A stretch of 63,646 nt of DNA, the filler included, from Octopus bimaculoides (lineage: Eukaryota), in assembly GCF_001194135.2 (NCBI RefSeq). It is 5 parts of 4 records of this genome, joined end to end, with 100 filler letters (N's around TTAATTAATTAA, not from the genome) between each part and the next. Parts side by side here need not be neighbours in the genome. Positions count along the whole stretch, not along the records: positions 23,067 to 41,785 come from NC_069000.1; positions 41,886 to 54,443 come from NC_068991.1; 3 more parts are not named here. One strand, written 5' to 3'. Of the stretch, positions 37,700 through 50,670 are shown piece by piece. A program made the position numbers and the translations under genes. The notes under the pieces were generated by a model, which worked only from the letters and a program-made list of their open reading frames with translations, ran no database searches and had not been told where the DNA came from. How positions within the stretch are numbered: position 1 is the stretch's first letter; each line of letters starts with the position of its first letter.

Positions 37700-38022
37700 A
37701 GGTTGTGAAGGAAACTATCTCGTTTTAACCATCATCTTTTAAATCATAAGACGGTCTTGCAGATTTTTGTCGTCCCAGATATCGTGACCATTCATAGCGT
37801 ATGAATTAACGATTTCCATTCTCTTCTCAGGATTTCAAGTTCAGCCACTCTTTGCTCCAGACGGGATTGTATGTATCCTATTGCTCCAATAATAACAGGT
37901 ATGAAGCTGAAAGTGCATCTTGAGCACTGTATTTGCCAACTCCTTATCAATGGTCCATAGGTGTCTTCTTTCTTTTGTATTTTTCTAACTACATTCGTGT
38001 CAAGGGAGCAGCTGATATCCAT
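37700..38022 (-). mobile_element. Dong/R4-clade LINE 3' end with restriction-like endonuclease remnant
   Basis: DISCSLDTNVVRKIQKKEDTYGPLIRSWQI...FSFIPVIIGAIGYI resembles the RLE C-terminus of R4/Dong elements; truncated at a (TATG)n run. Confidence 0.7.
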
Positions 38023-38399
38023 GTATGTATGTACGCATGTATGTATGTATGTATGTATGTATGTATGTTTTCTTTAGGATTTGTTTAAGTTTATTATTAT
38101 CATTATTTATTTTTTTTTTTGAGAATTCAAGCTGCTCACTAATCAAATGGTAAGGCGTTTTCTTCTTTCTCCAGTTAAGACAGGTGTTGGGAGTTTGTAG
38201 TTGTCTGAATATTTGCGCTCATGAATAATTTGTATTTGTGTGGCGGATATAAATTTTACTTTAGTGTGTGTGTATACATATATGTATGTATGTATTTATC
38301 TATATACATGTGTGTGTATGTGTGTGTATGTGCGTGTATATATATATATATATATATATGCATAAAAACACATATATCGAGATAGATAGATAGGTGGAT

Positions 38400-38433
<34 letters not shown>

Positions 38434-38434
38434 T

Positions 38435-38472
<38 letters not shown>

Positions 38473-39003
38473 AGAAAGGGGTAGCTGGAAATTCATATAT
38501 CTATATATATCATCTATTCGCTGTGAAAGGTGACAATCTAAAATAAAAGAGCATGCTTATAACGAACAGATGCAGACCCAGGTAAGGACATATCAACGTG
38601 CCCCCCCCCCACCTTCATTCCTCCACCATCTCTTGTTGCTATTTATGCAATAGGTGTGTCTGCCAGCCCTGTGCGTTCTATTGTTTAACTGGTATACTCT
38701 ATACGTGAATCAATTTATATAAAGACAATATTACCTAAACTGTAATCTGTATAAACTGTATTCTTTACAAATTCTGTTTAAAGAAAGTGAATTAAATTAT
38801 ACAGAATAATAATAAAAAGGTGTTAAAACTGTTTGAAATATTGTTCCTGTCGTTGTTGACGTTGTTATCTACATAGAATCTTATTAAATAAGTGTGTGTA
38901 TGTGTGTGTATGAGTGCGTATGAGAGAGAGGGAGAGAGACAGAGAAAGACGAATGTTTGCATGTATATCTATATCTATGAAGTTGTGTAAACGTATGTGT
39001 GTG

Positions 39004-39041
<38 letters not shown>

Positions 39042-39042
39042 C

Positions 39043-39098
<56 letters not shown>

Positions 39099-39479
39099 GC
39101 ATACATACATACATACATGCATACATGCATACGTATATATGTCTATATATACGTGTGTTTGTATACATATACGCACACACATATGACAGATGACCGCTAA
39201 TGTCAGACGAAGATCAACTTTGAGCAAACTCAGTAATGACAGTTGAATGCTAGGTTCAATAATACTTGCACAATACCTCGCAGATCCTCTCCAGTATAGG
39301 AATGATACAGATATCAGCCATGACAATGTAACCGGTGTCAATATTGGTTTCAGCCTCAGGAGTATAGAAGTGTTGTAATCTTGTGTTAGCTTTGAAAATT
39401 TCCAAAATGGCAATTGCTTTGTGAGAAGTTTTTTTTTATATATTTAAATCAGAGTAACATTTTGTGGTAAATTTTAACT

Positions 39480-41000
39480 AATGTTTAAAGGTTGTTTCAG
39501 ATTCTGTAATGTTACAATAACTCACTCATTCTGCTCTTTGGTTAAAAATTGCAAAAGAATATAATCGGATGTTAAAATTCTGTTGAGAGACTTGGATCAC
39601 ACCTTCTGAAACCAATAATGTAAGAGGACTCTTCTTTTCTAATAGACCAATCAGTAATTGTTGATATTGTTTTTTGTTAATATTCAGACATATTTGGAGA
39701 AAGAAACAATGAAGATTTTTTTCTGTGTGCCTGTGTGCACATATGAGCTGCAAGAATCCTTTTAAAAATACATTCAGTAAGTCCTGTATAGCTATTTATT
39801 TCACTGTCGTTTAGAAATAAGGTCTTTGGTCTTTGAAAGTCATTACTAAAAGGTAAGTTGCTATGGTTGTTGGAATTAAACAGGAAGAAGAACGTTTTGT
39901 GTATATTCTTAATAGAAAGTTTTCTTTTGCTTATATTAACTAAGGAAGTAGCAATGTTTTTGGTGCAACCTGCTCATCTAAATATCATTTTTATTAAACA
40001 TCTTATGATATACATAGTCTGCAAAGAGATATTATTTATAAGATTTATTAATATCCTGGTAATATTAGAACCAACTTTTACACAACGGCGAGGGCTATAT
40101 CATTTAATAGTTCGTTTAATTTTTATGTTTTGGAAAATTAGTATAGCTCTGAATGTAATCTATTCTAATTTTGGAGGTACTATTTACTAATGTGTTGTAA
40201 GGAGTGGAGGCGCAATGGCCCAGTGGTTAGGGCAGCGGACTCGTGGTCATAAGATCGCGGTTTCGATTCCCAGACTGGGCGTTGTGAGTGTTTATTGAAC
40301 GAAAACACCTAAAGCTCCACGAGGCTCCGGCAGGGGATGGTGGTGAACCCTGATGTATTCTTCCACCACAACTTTCTCTTACTTCCTATTTCTGTTGTGC
40401 CTGTAATTCAAAGGGTCAGCCTTGTCACACTGTGTCACGCTGAATATCCCCGAGAACTACGTTAAGGGTCCACGTGTCTGTGGCGTGCTCAGCCACTTGC
40501 ACGTTAATTCCACGAGCAGGCTGTTCCGTTGATCGGATCAACTGGAACCCTCGACGTCGTAAGCGACGGAGTGCCAACAACACCAACAACAACAACGTTG
40601 TAAGGATAAATAACACTGTGAAAAGATTTTTTTCATCCGAAGACAAGCTGAATATGTATTTACTAATGTTATTAATTTTGAAAGAATTACTGGAAGATGG
40701 ATGGAATTTATATTAGTATACCACAATTTCTCTATAAGTTTCTTAAAGGATCTTATTAGTCTCTAAAACTAAAGTTACATCTCAGAAATTAATTATACTT
40801 AGATTCGTATCTAATAGGATCTTTATCTCTAAATAATGTTGATGAACTTCTTCTGAACAGCATGCATTATAATATTATTCATACTTTATAAAATAGAGAA
40901 TCCACCAATACGGCAATAACCGAATCAGAATCTTTTCTGAATTTTACAATGTCCAGTCCTATTAATTAACAACCCGATGCTTCGTCATACAATTTGCAGT
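39480..41000 (-). mobile_element. Degenerate Penelope-like element split by a SINE insertion
   Basis: INF*DVTL and ISKYIFSLSSDEK (~40780-40620); after the SINE, YTGLTECIFKRILAAH and DWSIRKEESSYIIGFRRCDPSLSTE (GIY-YIG). Confidence 0.7.
40204..40596 (+). mobile_element. Young full-length tRNA-derived SINE family C with 10-bp TSD
   Basis: A box TGGCCCAGTGG, B box GGTTTCGATTCCC, (CAA)n tail; TSD GTTGTAAGGA at 40194-40203 and 40597-40606. Confidence 0.95.
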
Positions 41001-41687
41001 TACATCAAATAATTCTTGGTCAATTTATTCATTAACGACAAAACTACAGTAGCAGCAGTCGCCTCCTTTGCTTACGAACAATTTATATGAATGATAAGGA
41101 AAACATAAAATAAGGGATTTTGCATACGGTTACATGAAAACATAACGTGTTCTGCTCATGGCAACTGAACAGATGAATATACAGCGTATTTGCTAACGTC
41201 TTTTTTTACCTTTGGGAAAGCATTCAAATCTTTGTGCTGCTGTCTAATCTTATTTCGATGAGTTTACGAGTAATTTTATTTATATAATATTGCACTACTT
41301 CCATAATCCAATCGTTTGAACAAATGGTAGCGAGAAACACAGTAACTTTTAAAGAATCTTTAGTTTCTGATATCACATATATACTTTATAAATAGTATTT
41401 TCCCAATTTTTGTAAGCATGCACTTTCACAAACCTGTCTGTTTAATGCACACATATACATACACAAGCACACACACACACACGAAAACACACACACAGAC
41501 ACACACACACGCACAGGCATGTATATGTGCGTAAACATGCGTGCATGCGCACATACATATGTAAATATAGCTAGACAGATATAGCTACATATATATATAT
41601 ATGCTTATATACATACTGACATATGTGTGTGTGTAGAGTTCAAATTTACAGAAAACAAACGAAGACAGGTGAGGGAACAACAAGCAG

Positions 41688-41727
<40 letters not shown>

Positions 41728-42049
41728 CCCGTCCTTTTTTTTCCTGTTCGCCTTTGTATCATCTATCTGTCCGGTTGCTTTATTGNNNNNNNNNNNNNNN
41801 NNNNNNNNNNNNNNNNNNNNNNNNNNNNNTTAATTAATTAANNNNNNNNNNNNNNNNNNNNNNNNNNNNNNNNNNNNNNNNNNNNTATATATGCATATAT
41901 ATATATATATAGGTAAAACGTCTGAGTCCCTCTTTCTGTATGTAATACACGGCGGTGCGAGAACTAACCTACACAAATAACTGTGCCTTCATTACTCTGT
42001 ACTTGTATGTCTTTGCTTACGCTGTGTATACACCTCTATGCATTCCTGT

Positions 42050-42299
42050 ATGTGTGTGCAGGTTCTATGCGCATGTGCGCGTCTGTGTGTGCGCTGCGTG
42101 CGTTTAAGGAAATGAGGTGACGTGTAAATCTGTTATGTCGGCCGATGTTCGTACTGACACAGACAAATATTTAGGTCTGTGTGACAGTCTGTGTATGTAG
42201 ATGTGGCTGTGTGAGTGTCTGTGCTTATTGCTCGCTAAAGTGTGTACGTATAACGATCCTGTGTTTTATAATTGCGTACGAATGCGCGTGCGTGCGCTC

Positions 42300-42362
<63 letters not shown>

Positions 42363-42372
42363 NNNNNNNNNN

Positions 42373-42433
<61 letters not shown>

Positions 42434-42934
42434 ATTGATTGCGTTTAAGACAACGAATGCAAATGAAGTTGTGTATGTATTACGAGCGCGTATAAGAGTT
42501 TGAAGAATTAAATGTACGCAGGTGTGTGTATGTAAGGGTTTATACATGCATGCGTGTGTGCGTGTGCATGTGTATATGTGTGTGTGAAATGGATGTGTGT
42601 GTCAATGTATATTAATGTGTTTGTATGCTAGCAGTGTGTGCGTGAGATAGTGCGTTTAGGGGTGAGTGTGTATGTATGTGTGTGTGTGCGTGTGCATGTG
42701 TATATGTGTGTGTGAGTGTGTGTGTGTGTGTCAAATGGATCTGTGTCAAGGTTTATTAGTGTGTTTGTATTATGGTGAAATGTGTGTAAAATTGTGGATT
42801 TATGTGTGAGTGAGTATGTATTTATGTATGTATGTGTGTGTGTGTGTGTGTGTGGCAAATGCATCTGTGCGTCAATGTTTATTATGTTATTAATGTGTTT
42901 GTATTATAGCAATGCGTATGTAAGATAGTGCATT

Positions 42935-42969
<35 letters not shown>

Positions 42970-43514
42970 CGGGTTTAAGTGCGTGTGTGCGCGCGTGTTA
43001 GTGTGTATATGTGCTTGTATATGAATATACATATGTGCGTTTGTGTTATTTATGTGGGTGTGTGATACGGCGTTACGAGTGTGTCTATGGATATCTTTAT
43101 GTGCATACATGTACATGTGTATATGTGTGCTTACGTGTGTATGTATATATGTGTGTGTGTGTGTGTGTGTACGTGTGTTTGACTTTGCGTTTGTATTTGT
43201 ATCTGCGTGCTTGTGTATGCGCTTCTGTGTGTGTATGTATATGCGTGCTTGTGTGTATGTGTGTTTGCACGGGTGTCCGTGTACGTTTGTGCTTGTGCGT
43301 GTATTTGCATGTCTTTATACGTGAGTGTGTGTCTTTGTGTGTGTGTGTGTGTGTGTATGTGTGTGTGATTATGTGTGTGTATATGCGTGTGTAAGTGTTC
43401 GTGTGTGAACGTGCATATGTATGTATTCATGTGTGTGTGTGTACGCGCGTGTTTATATGCGTTTATAAATGTTTATGTGTGAACATACATGTGTATGTAC
43501 TTATGTGTGCGTGC

Positions 43515-43545
<31 letters not shown>

Positions 43546-43850
43546 TGTGTTCGCGCGCGTGTGAGTGCCTGTTTCTATCTCTATGTCTGCTGAACTGACG
43601 GTTCTTGGTTTTTGCACTCAGACAGACAGAAATGTAACTTAATAATATTGCGTATGTATATGTGCATAGCTGTGATACTCATTGTTTCTCTATGTGTACA
43701 TCTTCGTGCATATCTATATATGTATATATATATATATGTGATCTGCAAAAGTATGTGTGTAACATTATAAGTGCGTATAACTTTGTGTGATTGTATGTGT
43801 GCATATATATATACATATAACGTATTCACTGTATATGTATGTGTTTATTT
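42050..43850. repeat. Long cryptic (TG/TA)-rich purine-pyrimidine alternating region
   Basis: About 1.8 kb of degenerate GT/AT microsatellite. Confidence 0.9.
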
Positions 43851-44342
43851 CGACAGTAGTGAATCGTTAAGTCACGCCTATTGATACAATACCGGTTTTA
43901 AAACTCAAACATACCCTTAGATTCGGACATGGACAAACGCAAAGACACAGTATAGATATATTCATAGATGTGTACATGAAATCATGCATACGTATAGATT
44001 CATGTATATATATATATATATATNNNNNNNNNNNNNNNNNNNNNNNNNNNNNNNNNNNNNNNNNNNNNNNNNNNNNNNNNNNNNNNNNNNNNNNNNNNNN
44101 NNNNNNNNNNNNNNNNNNNNNNNNNNNNNNNNNNNNNNNNNNNNNNNNNNNNNNNNNNNNNNNNNNNNNNNNNNNNNNNNNNNNNNNNNNNNNNNNNNNN
44201 NNNNNNNNNNNNNNNNNNNNNNNNNGTTCCAAGTTCAGTCCCACTACGTGTGGTAACTTGGGTTGGTGTCTTCTACTATAGCCTTGGGCCAAACAAAAAC
44301 CTGTGAGTGGATTTGGTTGACAGAAACTGACAGAAGCCCGTC

Positions 44343-44380
<38 letters not shown>

Positions 44381-44387
44381 TTCTCTC

Positions 44388-44418
<31 letters not shown>

Positions 44419-44487
44419 ATCTGTGTTTGAGTAGTCTACTAACCCCATGATTCCGAGTTCGATTGCAGGCAGTGGAATATAATAATA

Positions 44488-44555
<68 letters not shown>

Positions 44556-44780
44556 TAATTCGTTTTATTGGCCACAAGGACTAATATCAATTAAAAACAT
44601 GTAAGGACAAAGACAGGACGAAGGTTACAAAGGGTTTTTTTCCGAAAGGTAGAAAACGTTCAGGTTCGAAATTTCCCCAAGACACCTGATGAAAGCGGGG
44701 AGGGTATATCAGCCGAAACGTTATGTTAACAACAAACAAGATGAGGACAAATATCCGGCAAATGTAAATAATATAAATAA
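44556..44780 (+). mobile_element. Small (AAT)n/(TA)n-flanked element carrying a decayed type I hammerhead motif
   Basis: GACAC-CTGATGA-A-AGCGG..CAGCC-GAAACGTT-ATGTT at 44681-44727. Confidence 0.55.
44681..44727 (+). ncRNA. Decayed minimal hammerhead ribozyme motif
   Basis: CUGAUGA and GAAA cores in correct order, palindromic AACGUU stem III, stem I GACAC/AUGUU, stem II 3 of 5 pairs. Confidence 0.5.
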
Positions 44781-46107
44781 TATATATATATTGACATATA
44801 TCTATATATGTCTGTGTCTGTGTTTGTCCCCCACCACCACTTGTCAACCTCTGTTGGTGTGTTTACGACCCAGTAATCTAGCGGTTGTACAAAAATGGCC
44901 AATAGAGTAAGAACCAAGCTTAAAAAAGAAAGAATAATAAGTAGCGGGGTCAATTCGTTCGACTACAGTTCTTCCAGGCAGTGCCCCAGCATGGCCGCAG
45001 TCTAAATGATTAAAAGCACCAAAAGATGAAAGATATCCGCACGAGCGCGTGTATGTGTGTGCGTGTATAGAAAGTGTCATCACTTAGTTTAAAGGCTTGC
45101 GTATGTACTAATAATTAAACATTTATCATTTCCGGCCATTTAATTGTTTACTTTTCAAAACTGTTTATAAAATGGAGAGACGTTCTCTCTCGTCTAAAGG
45201 TCGGAAGTTTAAACACTCTAAAAAATTCATTAGCCTTTTCTAATTATTGACATTATTAAGAAAGCTACAGTAATTAATGCCATTTCAGACTATTTTAATT
45301 TTGAAATTTGATTATTATGCTATATTTTGGTTGTTTTAATGTTTATATTTGATTTTAATTGTTCTCGATGAGATAGTGTTGTAATGGCTGAGTGGTTGAA
45401 GAGCTCGCTATGCAACCATTTGTTTTCGGTTTCAGTTCTATTACACCGTTCCTATTCACTTTAAATTAGTTCTTTCCTTTTCCAACTCATATTCCCTTTC
45501 ACGTCATTATTATTGTTGTTTGGCAGAACCGTTGGCACGCCGAGCAAGATGCTTAGCAGCATTTCGTAAGTCTTTACTTTCTGAGTTAAAATTCCGCCGA
45601 GGTCGGCTTTACCTTTCATTCGCTCGGAGTCGATAAAATAAGTACCAGCTGGTTACTAGGGTCAGCATATATGTATACATGCATGTATGAATGCATGTCT
45701 CTATGTATGTATATATGCATGTATGTATGCATGCATGTATGTATGTATGTATGTATTTATAGTCCTGGGAGGGTTGATTGTTTTCGTCGTGGAGCTCCAG
45801 CATAGCCGCATTCCAATGACTGCGTCAAGTAAAACATAAAATGATAAAATACAATGTGTTTGCGTGTGTGGGTGTGTGGGTGTCATTGTCCTTGAGTCTA
45901 CCTTAAAGGTTAACACCCTTGATGTTTGGACGTCTGCAGTTATAGGCTATTGTTTAGACATTATATACAACCTATTTGAATGTCTATATAAACATAAGAG
46001 ACAGAGACCTCGCTATCGTGTCGTTTCATTAACGAGAGCGTGACAAGGAAAAACGCGCATGCACACAGACAGACCTATATACATGTCTGTCAGCTTGCCT
46101 GCCTGTC

Positions 46108-46156
<49 letters not shown>

Positions 46157-46172
46157 TTATCTATCCATCTAT

Positions 46173-46220
<48 letters not shown>

Positions 46221-46270
46221 TTATCTATCCATCTATCTATCTATCTATCTATCTATCTATTTATCTATCC

Positions 46271-46310
<40 letters not shown>

Positions 46311-46374
46311 CTCTGTCTCTCTCTCTCTCTCTCTCCCTCTCTCTCTCTTTACATATATATATATATACATATAC

Positions 46375-46760
46375 ATGGCTGTGTGGTAGGAGGCTTCCTT
46401 CCCAACCACATGATTCCGGGTTCGGTCCCACTGCGTGGCACCCTCGGCAAGTGTCTTCTACTATAGCCTCGGGCCGACCAAAGCCTTGTGACTGGATTTG
46501 GTAGACGGAAACTGAAAGAAGCTCATCGCATATATATACACACATATATGTGTGTGTGTGTTTGTATTTGTCACCCCACCATCGCTTGACACCGATGTTG
46601 GTGTGCTTAAGTCTCCCGTAACCTAACAATTCGGCAAAAGAGACCGATGGAATAAGTACTAGACTTACAAAGAATAAATCCTGGGGTCGATTTGTTCGAC
46701 TAAAGGTGGTGCTCCAGCATGGCCGCAGTCAAATGAATGAAACAAATAAAAAAATAAAAG
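46375..46760 (+). mobile_element. Full-length SINE family B
   Basis: Colinear with 28547-28972. Confidence 0.9.
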
Positions 46761-46919
46761 AAAAAAACTATATACGTATGTATACAACCTGATGCTTTTG
46801 AAAGGGTTTCAACGCATGGAACCTTGGGCAAGTTTTTCGACTATAGTCCCGGGCCTATCAATTTCTTGTGAGTAAATTCGGTAGACAAAATCTGCGAAGA
46901 AGCTCGTTGTATACATATA

Positions 46920-47552
46920 TACCAGGTTGGCCAAAAGTCACCTGACAGTAAATCAATACCATGCAATTGCAAGAGTAAAACAAAAAATTATTTTTTTATG
47001 AGACTTCACTAATAAATAGACAAATATTCTTTTACTTGTTTCAGTCATTTGACTGCGGCCATGCTGAAGCACCGCCTTTAGTCGAGAAAATCGACCCCAG
47101 GACTTATTCTTTGTAAGCCTAGTACTTATTCTATCGGTCTCTTTTTGCCGAACCGCTAGCTTACGGGGACGTAAACACACCAGCATCGGTTGTCAAGCGA
47201 TTTTGTGGGGACAAACACAGAAGCACAAACACATACATATATATATACATATACATATATACGACGGGCTTCTTTCAGTTTCCGTCTACCAAATCTACTC
47301 ACAAGGCTTTGGTCGGCCCGAGACTATAGTAGAAGACACTTGCCTAAGGTGCCACGCAGTGGGACTGAACCCAGAACCATGTGGTTGGTAAGCAAGCTAC
47401 TTACCACTGAAAATAGAAAAACAAAGAAAACGGTGATTTTAACTCACAGCATTCAATTATCAAACATTCATGATTGGAATGAATAGATAAAATTAAATGT
47501 TAAGTATTTATGGAATTTTGATTTACTGTCGGGTGACTTTTGGCCACTCCTA
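46920..47552. mobile_element. Tc1-like MITE interrupted by a SINE
   Basis: TIRs TGGCCAAAAGTCACCTGACAGTAAATCAA / TTGATTTACTGTCGGGTGACTTTTGGCCA. Confidence 0.75.
47030..47408 (-). mobile_element. Full-length SINE family B, reverse orientation
   Basis: Reverse complement of 46375-46760 and 28547-28972. Confidence 0.9.
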
Positions 47553-47936
47553 TTTGTGCTTGTATGTATGTACGCTTGGCTTCTACACAGTTTATATATA
47601 AACTATATATACACACGAGATGGGATAGCCATGGTTGGCATCCTTTGCTTATGGTTTGATCGAACAGTTCTGAAGTAGGTCTAAACAACAGCAGTAGCAG
47701 CAACAACAACAGAGGTATATAGCACCGTAACGCGAGTCCACTATGTGACAATGTACTTTAGAAGATTCGTCAATGCATGTCGGAATGCGCAGCAGAGCAA
47801 TCACCTGGAGGACATTTTGATATAACTCGAACACCATATATACATGCTTATAGACATGTGTGTGTGTATGCGCATATATATATATGTGTGTGTGTATGTG
47901 TGTGTAGGTATATATGAAAGCGTATGTGTGTGTGCT

Positions 47937-47999
<63 letters not shown>

Positions 48000-48427
48000 G
48001 TATGTATATGTATGTATCTGAATGTGTGTATATACATATATATTATATACATATGGACATATGTATATATATGTACATATATATGTAAAAATGTATACAC
48101 CCACACACTTATATACATATATACGTACTTATACAAATAAACACACACAGACGCACGCTCACACATGCATACATGTGCATATATATACACATAGGTTGAG
48201 GCTTGCTGCTCGGCCAACGTCCTATGTGATATGATTCGGTTCAATAGTTGGTAACCCATGGTTACACAGCAGCAACTTTATTGTCATCAAGTTGCCTCTT
48301 ATACTTCATTAATTGCTGTTTTAATTGCGAAATTATTACTATTTTGCATAATGATAAAATTTATGTCACCACTCTACTATTTATACCATTCTGATAACAT
48401 TTAATAAATATTAATATTAATGACGAC

Positions 48428-48965
48428 GTAAGGTTGTGAGCTGGCAGAAACGTTAGCACGCCGGGTGAAATGCTTAGCGGTATTTCGTCTGTCTTTACGT
48501 TCTGAGTTCAAATTCAGCCGAGGTCGATTTAGCCTTTCATTCTTTCGGTATTCGATTAAATAATTACCAGTTACGCACTGGGGTCGATATAATCGACTTA
48601 ATCCGTTTGTCTGTCCTTGTTTGTCCCCCCTGAGTGCAGCCCCGTTAAGGGGTCGATAAATTAAGTACCAGTTGCGTACTGATGTCGGGCCTTGTGCATA
48701 GAGCAGAAAAGAATCGTTAGCACGCCGAGCGAAATGCATAGCGGTATTTCGTCTGCCGCTACGTTCTGAGTTCAAATTAGGGAACTGGCAGAATTGTTAG
48801 CCAGGCAAATTGCTTGGCAGCCCTTCGTCTGACTTTGTGTTCTGAGTTCAAATTACTCCCAAGGTCGACTTTGTCTTTCATTATTTCGGGATCGATAAAT
48901 CAAGTACTAGTTGCGTACTGGGGCCGACCTAATCGACTGATCCCTTCCCAAAAAATTTCGATCGG
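48428..48965 (+). mobile_element. Stack of tandem family-A SINE copies and fragments
   Basis: GTTCTGAGTTCAAATT occurs three times; GGTCGATAAATTAAGTACCAGTTGCGTACTG variants occur three times. Confidence 0.85.
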
Positions 48966-50553
48966 TGAAGTAAGTACCAGAGATACACTACCTGTTTTTC
49001 ACCACGTTTCTAGTATTAAAAGTCGAGTAACCCTCTAACTTCTCTTTTTGGCGTACTCAGAATGCCACGCTCCCTCTCGATTTTTTGAGAAGCAAAGGCA
49101 TATCGCTATTTTACTTGAGCCTTCTCGATGAAATCCTCAATCAAGGAGAGACAGTCTTCCTTAACGTAACTCTATCATATTCTTTTGCCTTCCTTCCTGA
49201 GCTGTCCCCTTCCTAGATCACAAGGTTAGTAAAAGGTCTCTCACCTATGTTGTTGCCATCATTGTAAACATTTGCCTGTTACCAAAATAGAGTTTATTAA
49301 AGGACGAAAACCTGCTTTCACAAATAAAGCATTTTGTAGAAATGTCATATTTTAAAGTACATTATTCAAAATAATGTCTACATTCGTAATGTCTGTAAGT
49401 TTTTTTGTCTTGATTTGTTTTCTTTCAAATTTATAATTTTGTTTTGAATTTCCTTTTTCTCTTTTCGAATTTCTTTTTTCTTGGTTTATTCGTTTCTACT
49501 ACGTTTATGGTTAGCGTCTCTTACTGCTACTCCACGGGAAACCATATTTAAAAAGAAGTAGAAGAATTTTTACAAAATACGAAATATAAAAATGTCCGAC
49601 GACAAATCATATTTATTTCCACTCCACGATAAACATGGCGGACGCTCAAACAGTCTAACTACAGCAAATGAAACGTGGCACATCCATGTCGTCCACACAT
49701 ACGCTCGCAACAGCAACAAAAACAAATTCTAACAGAGATATCTTATTTGAAGCCATAAGACACTTTTTCTTTAACTAAAAAAAAAAAAAAAGAGCAAGAA
49801 TTCCTGAAAAAACCATTCCGGGGCCTATGAGAAGTGGGGCCTCCTCTAACTTAATTTTGCTCTAACGCTCACTTAACTTTAATCCAGACTGACTCTTCTA
49901 TCTAGTTTGACTTCTTGCTTTATGTTCAACTGTACTATTAACTTTTGATGCACAGTAATTTTTTCTGCTATAGCTAGGGTACTTCTGTAATGTTTTGTAA
50001 TGCACTGTTTGGCTGCATTACATGCTTCGGCATGGTTCTCGATCGGTCACGACGACGACGAGTGTCCCAGTTCATTCGATCGACCGAACAGCTTGCTCGT
50101 GAAATTGATGCGAAGTGGCTGAAAACTCCTCAGACTTGAGTACCCTAAACGTAGTTCGTTGTTAGAGAGATTCAGCGTGACACAATTTGACAGGTTTGGC
50201 CCTTTTAATTACAGGTATTGATCGTTTCTGCCAACTTAGTGGACTGGAGCAACAAGAAATAAAATATCTTGCACAAAAATACATCGTGCTGCCGGAATCG
50301 CTCAGGACTTCATGATCATAAACCGAATTACATGCCTATATGGTCTTATGCTTCCGAGGAAGTCGGTGTATTTTAAATTGATGTAATGCTTGCATTGTTC
50401 GATTAAATGGAGTCGCCTGAAACGGTCCTGATGCACTAATAGCTTGACATCCTTGTTATTTATTTGCTTCCTATTCACCTAAACTGTGCCGAATAAACAG
50501 AACTGACTTGGTACCTCAACATAAGTACCTAATTCAACTGAATCTTAATTATT

Positions 50554-50591
<38 letters not shown>

Positions 50592-50602
50592 GCCGCACGC
50601 AC

Positions 50603-50670
<68 letters not shown>

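Noticed and set aside
39039-39413. 124-aa ORF and an alternative frame KAIAILEIF...ILERICE
   Set aside because: No recognisable family and no good acceptor; lies directly behind a degenerate Penelope end and runs into a microsatellite.
40030-40130. Trypsin-like NDIAL motif on the minus strand
   Set aside because: Lies inside the degenerate Penelope remnant, flanked by stops, with no other protease motifs.
40204-40280. tRNA gene
   Set aside because: A/B boxes belong to a SINE head followed by SINE body, tail and TSD.
49630-49660. AACATGGCGG YY1/Kozak-like start
   Set aside because: The ORF ends after 7 codons and there is no other promoter support.
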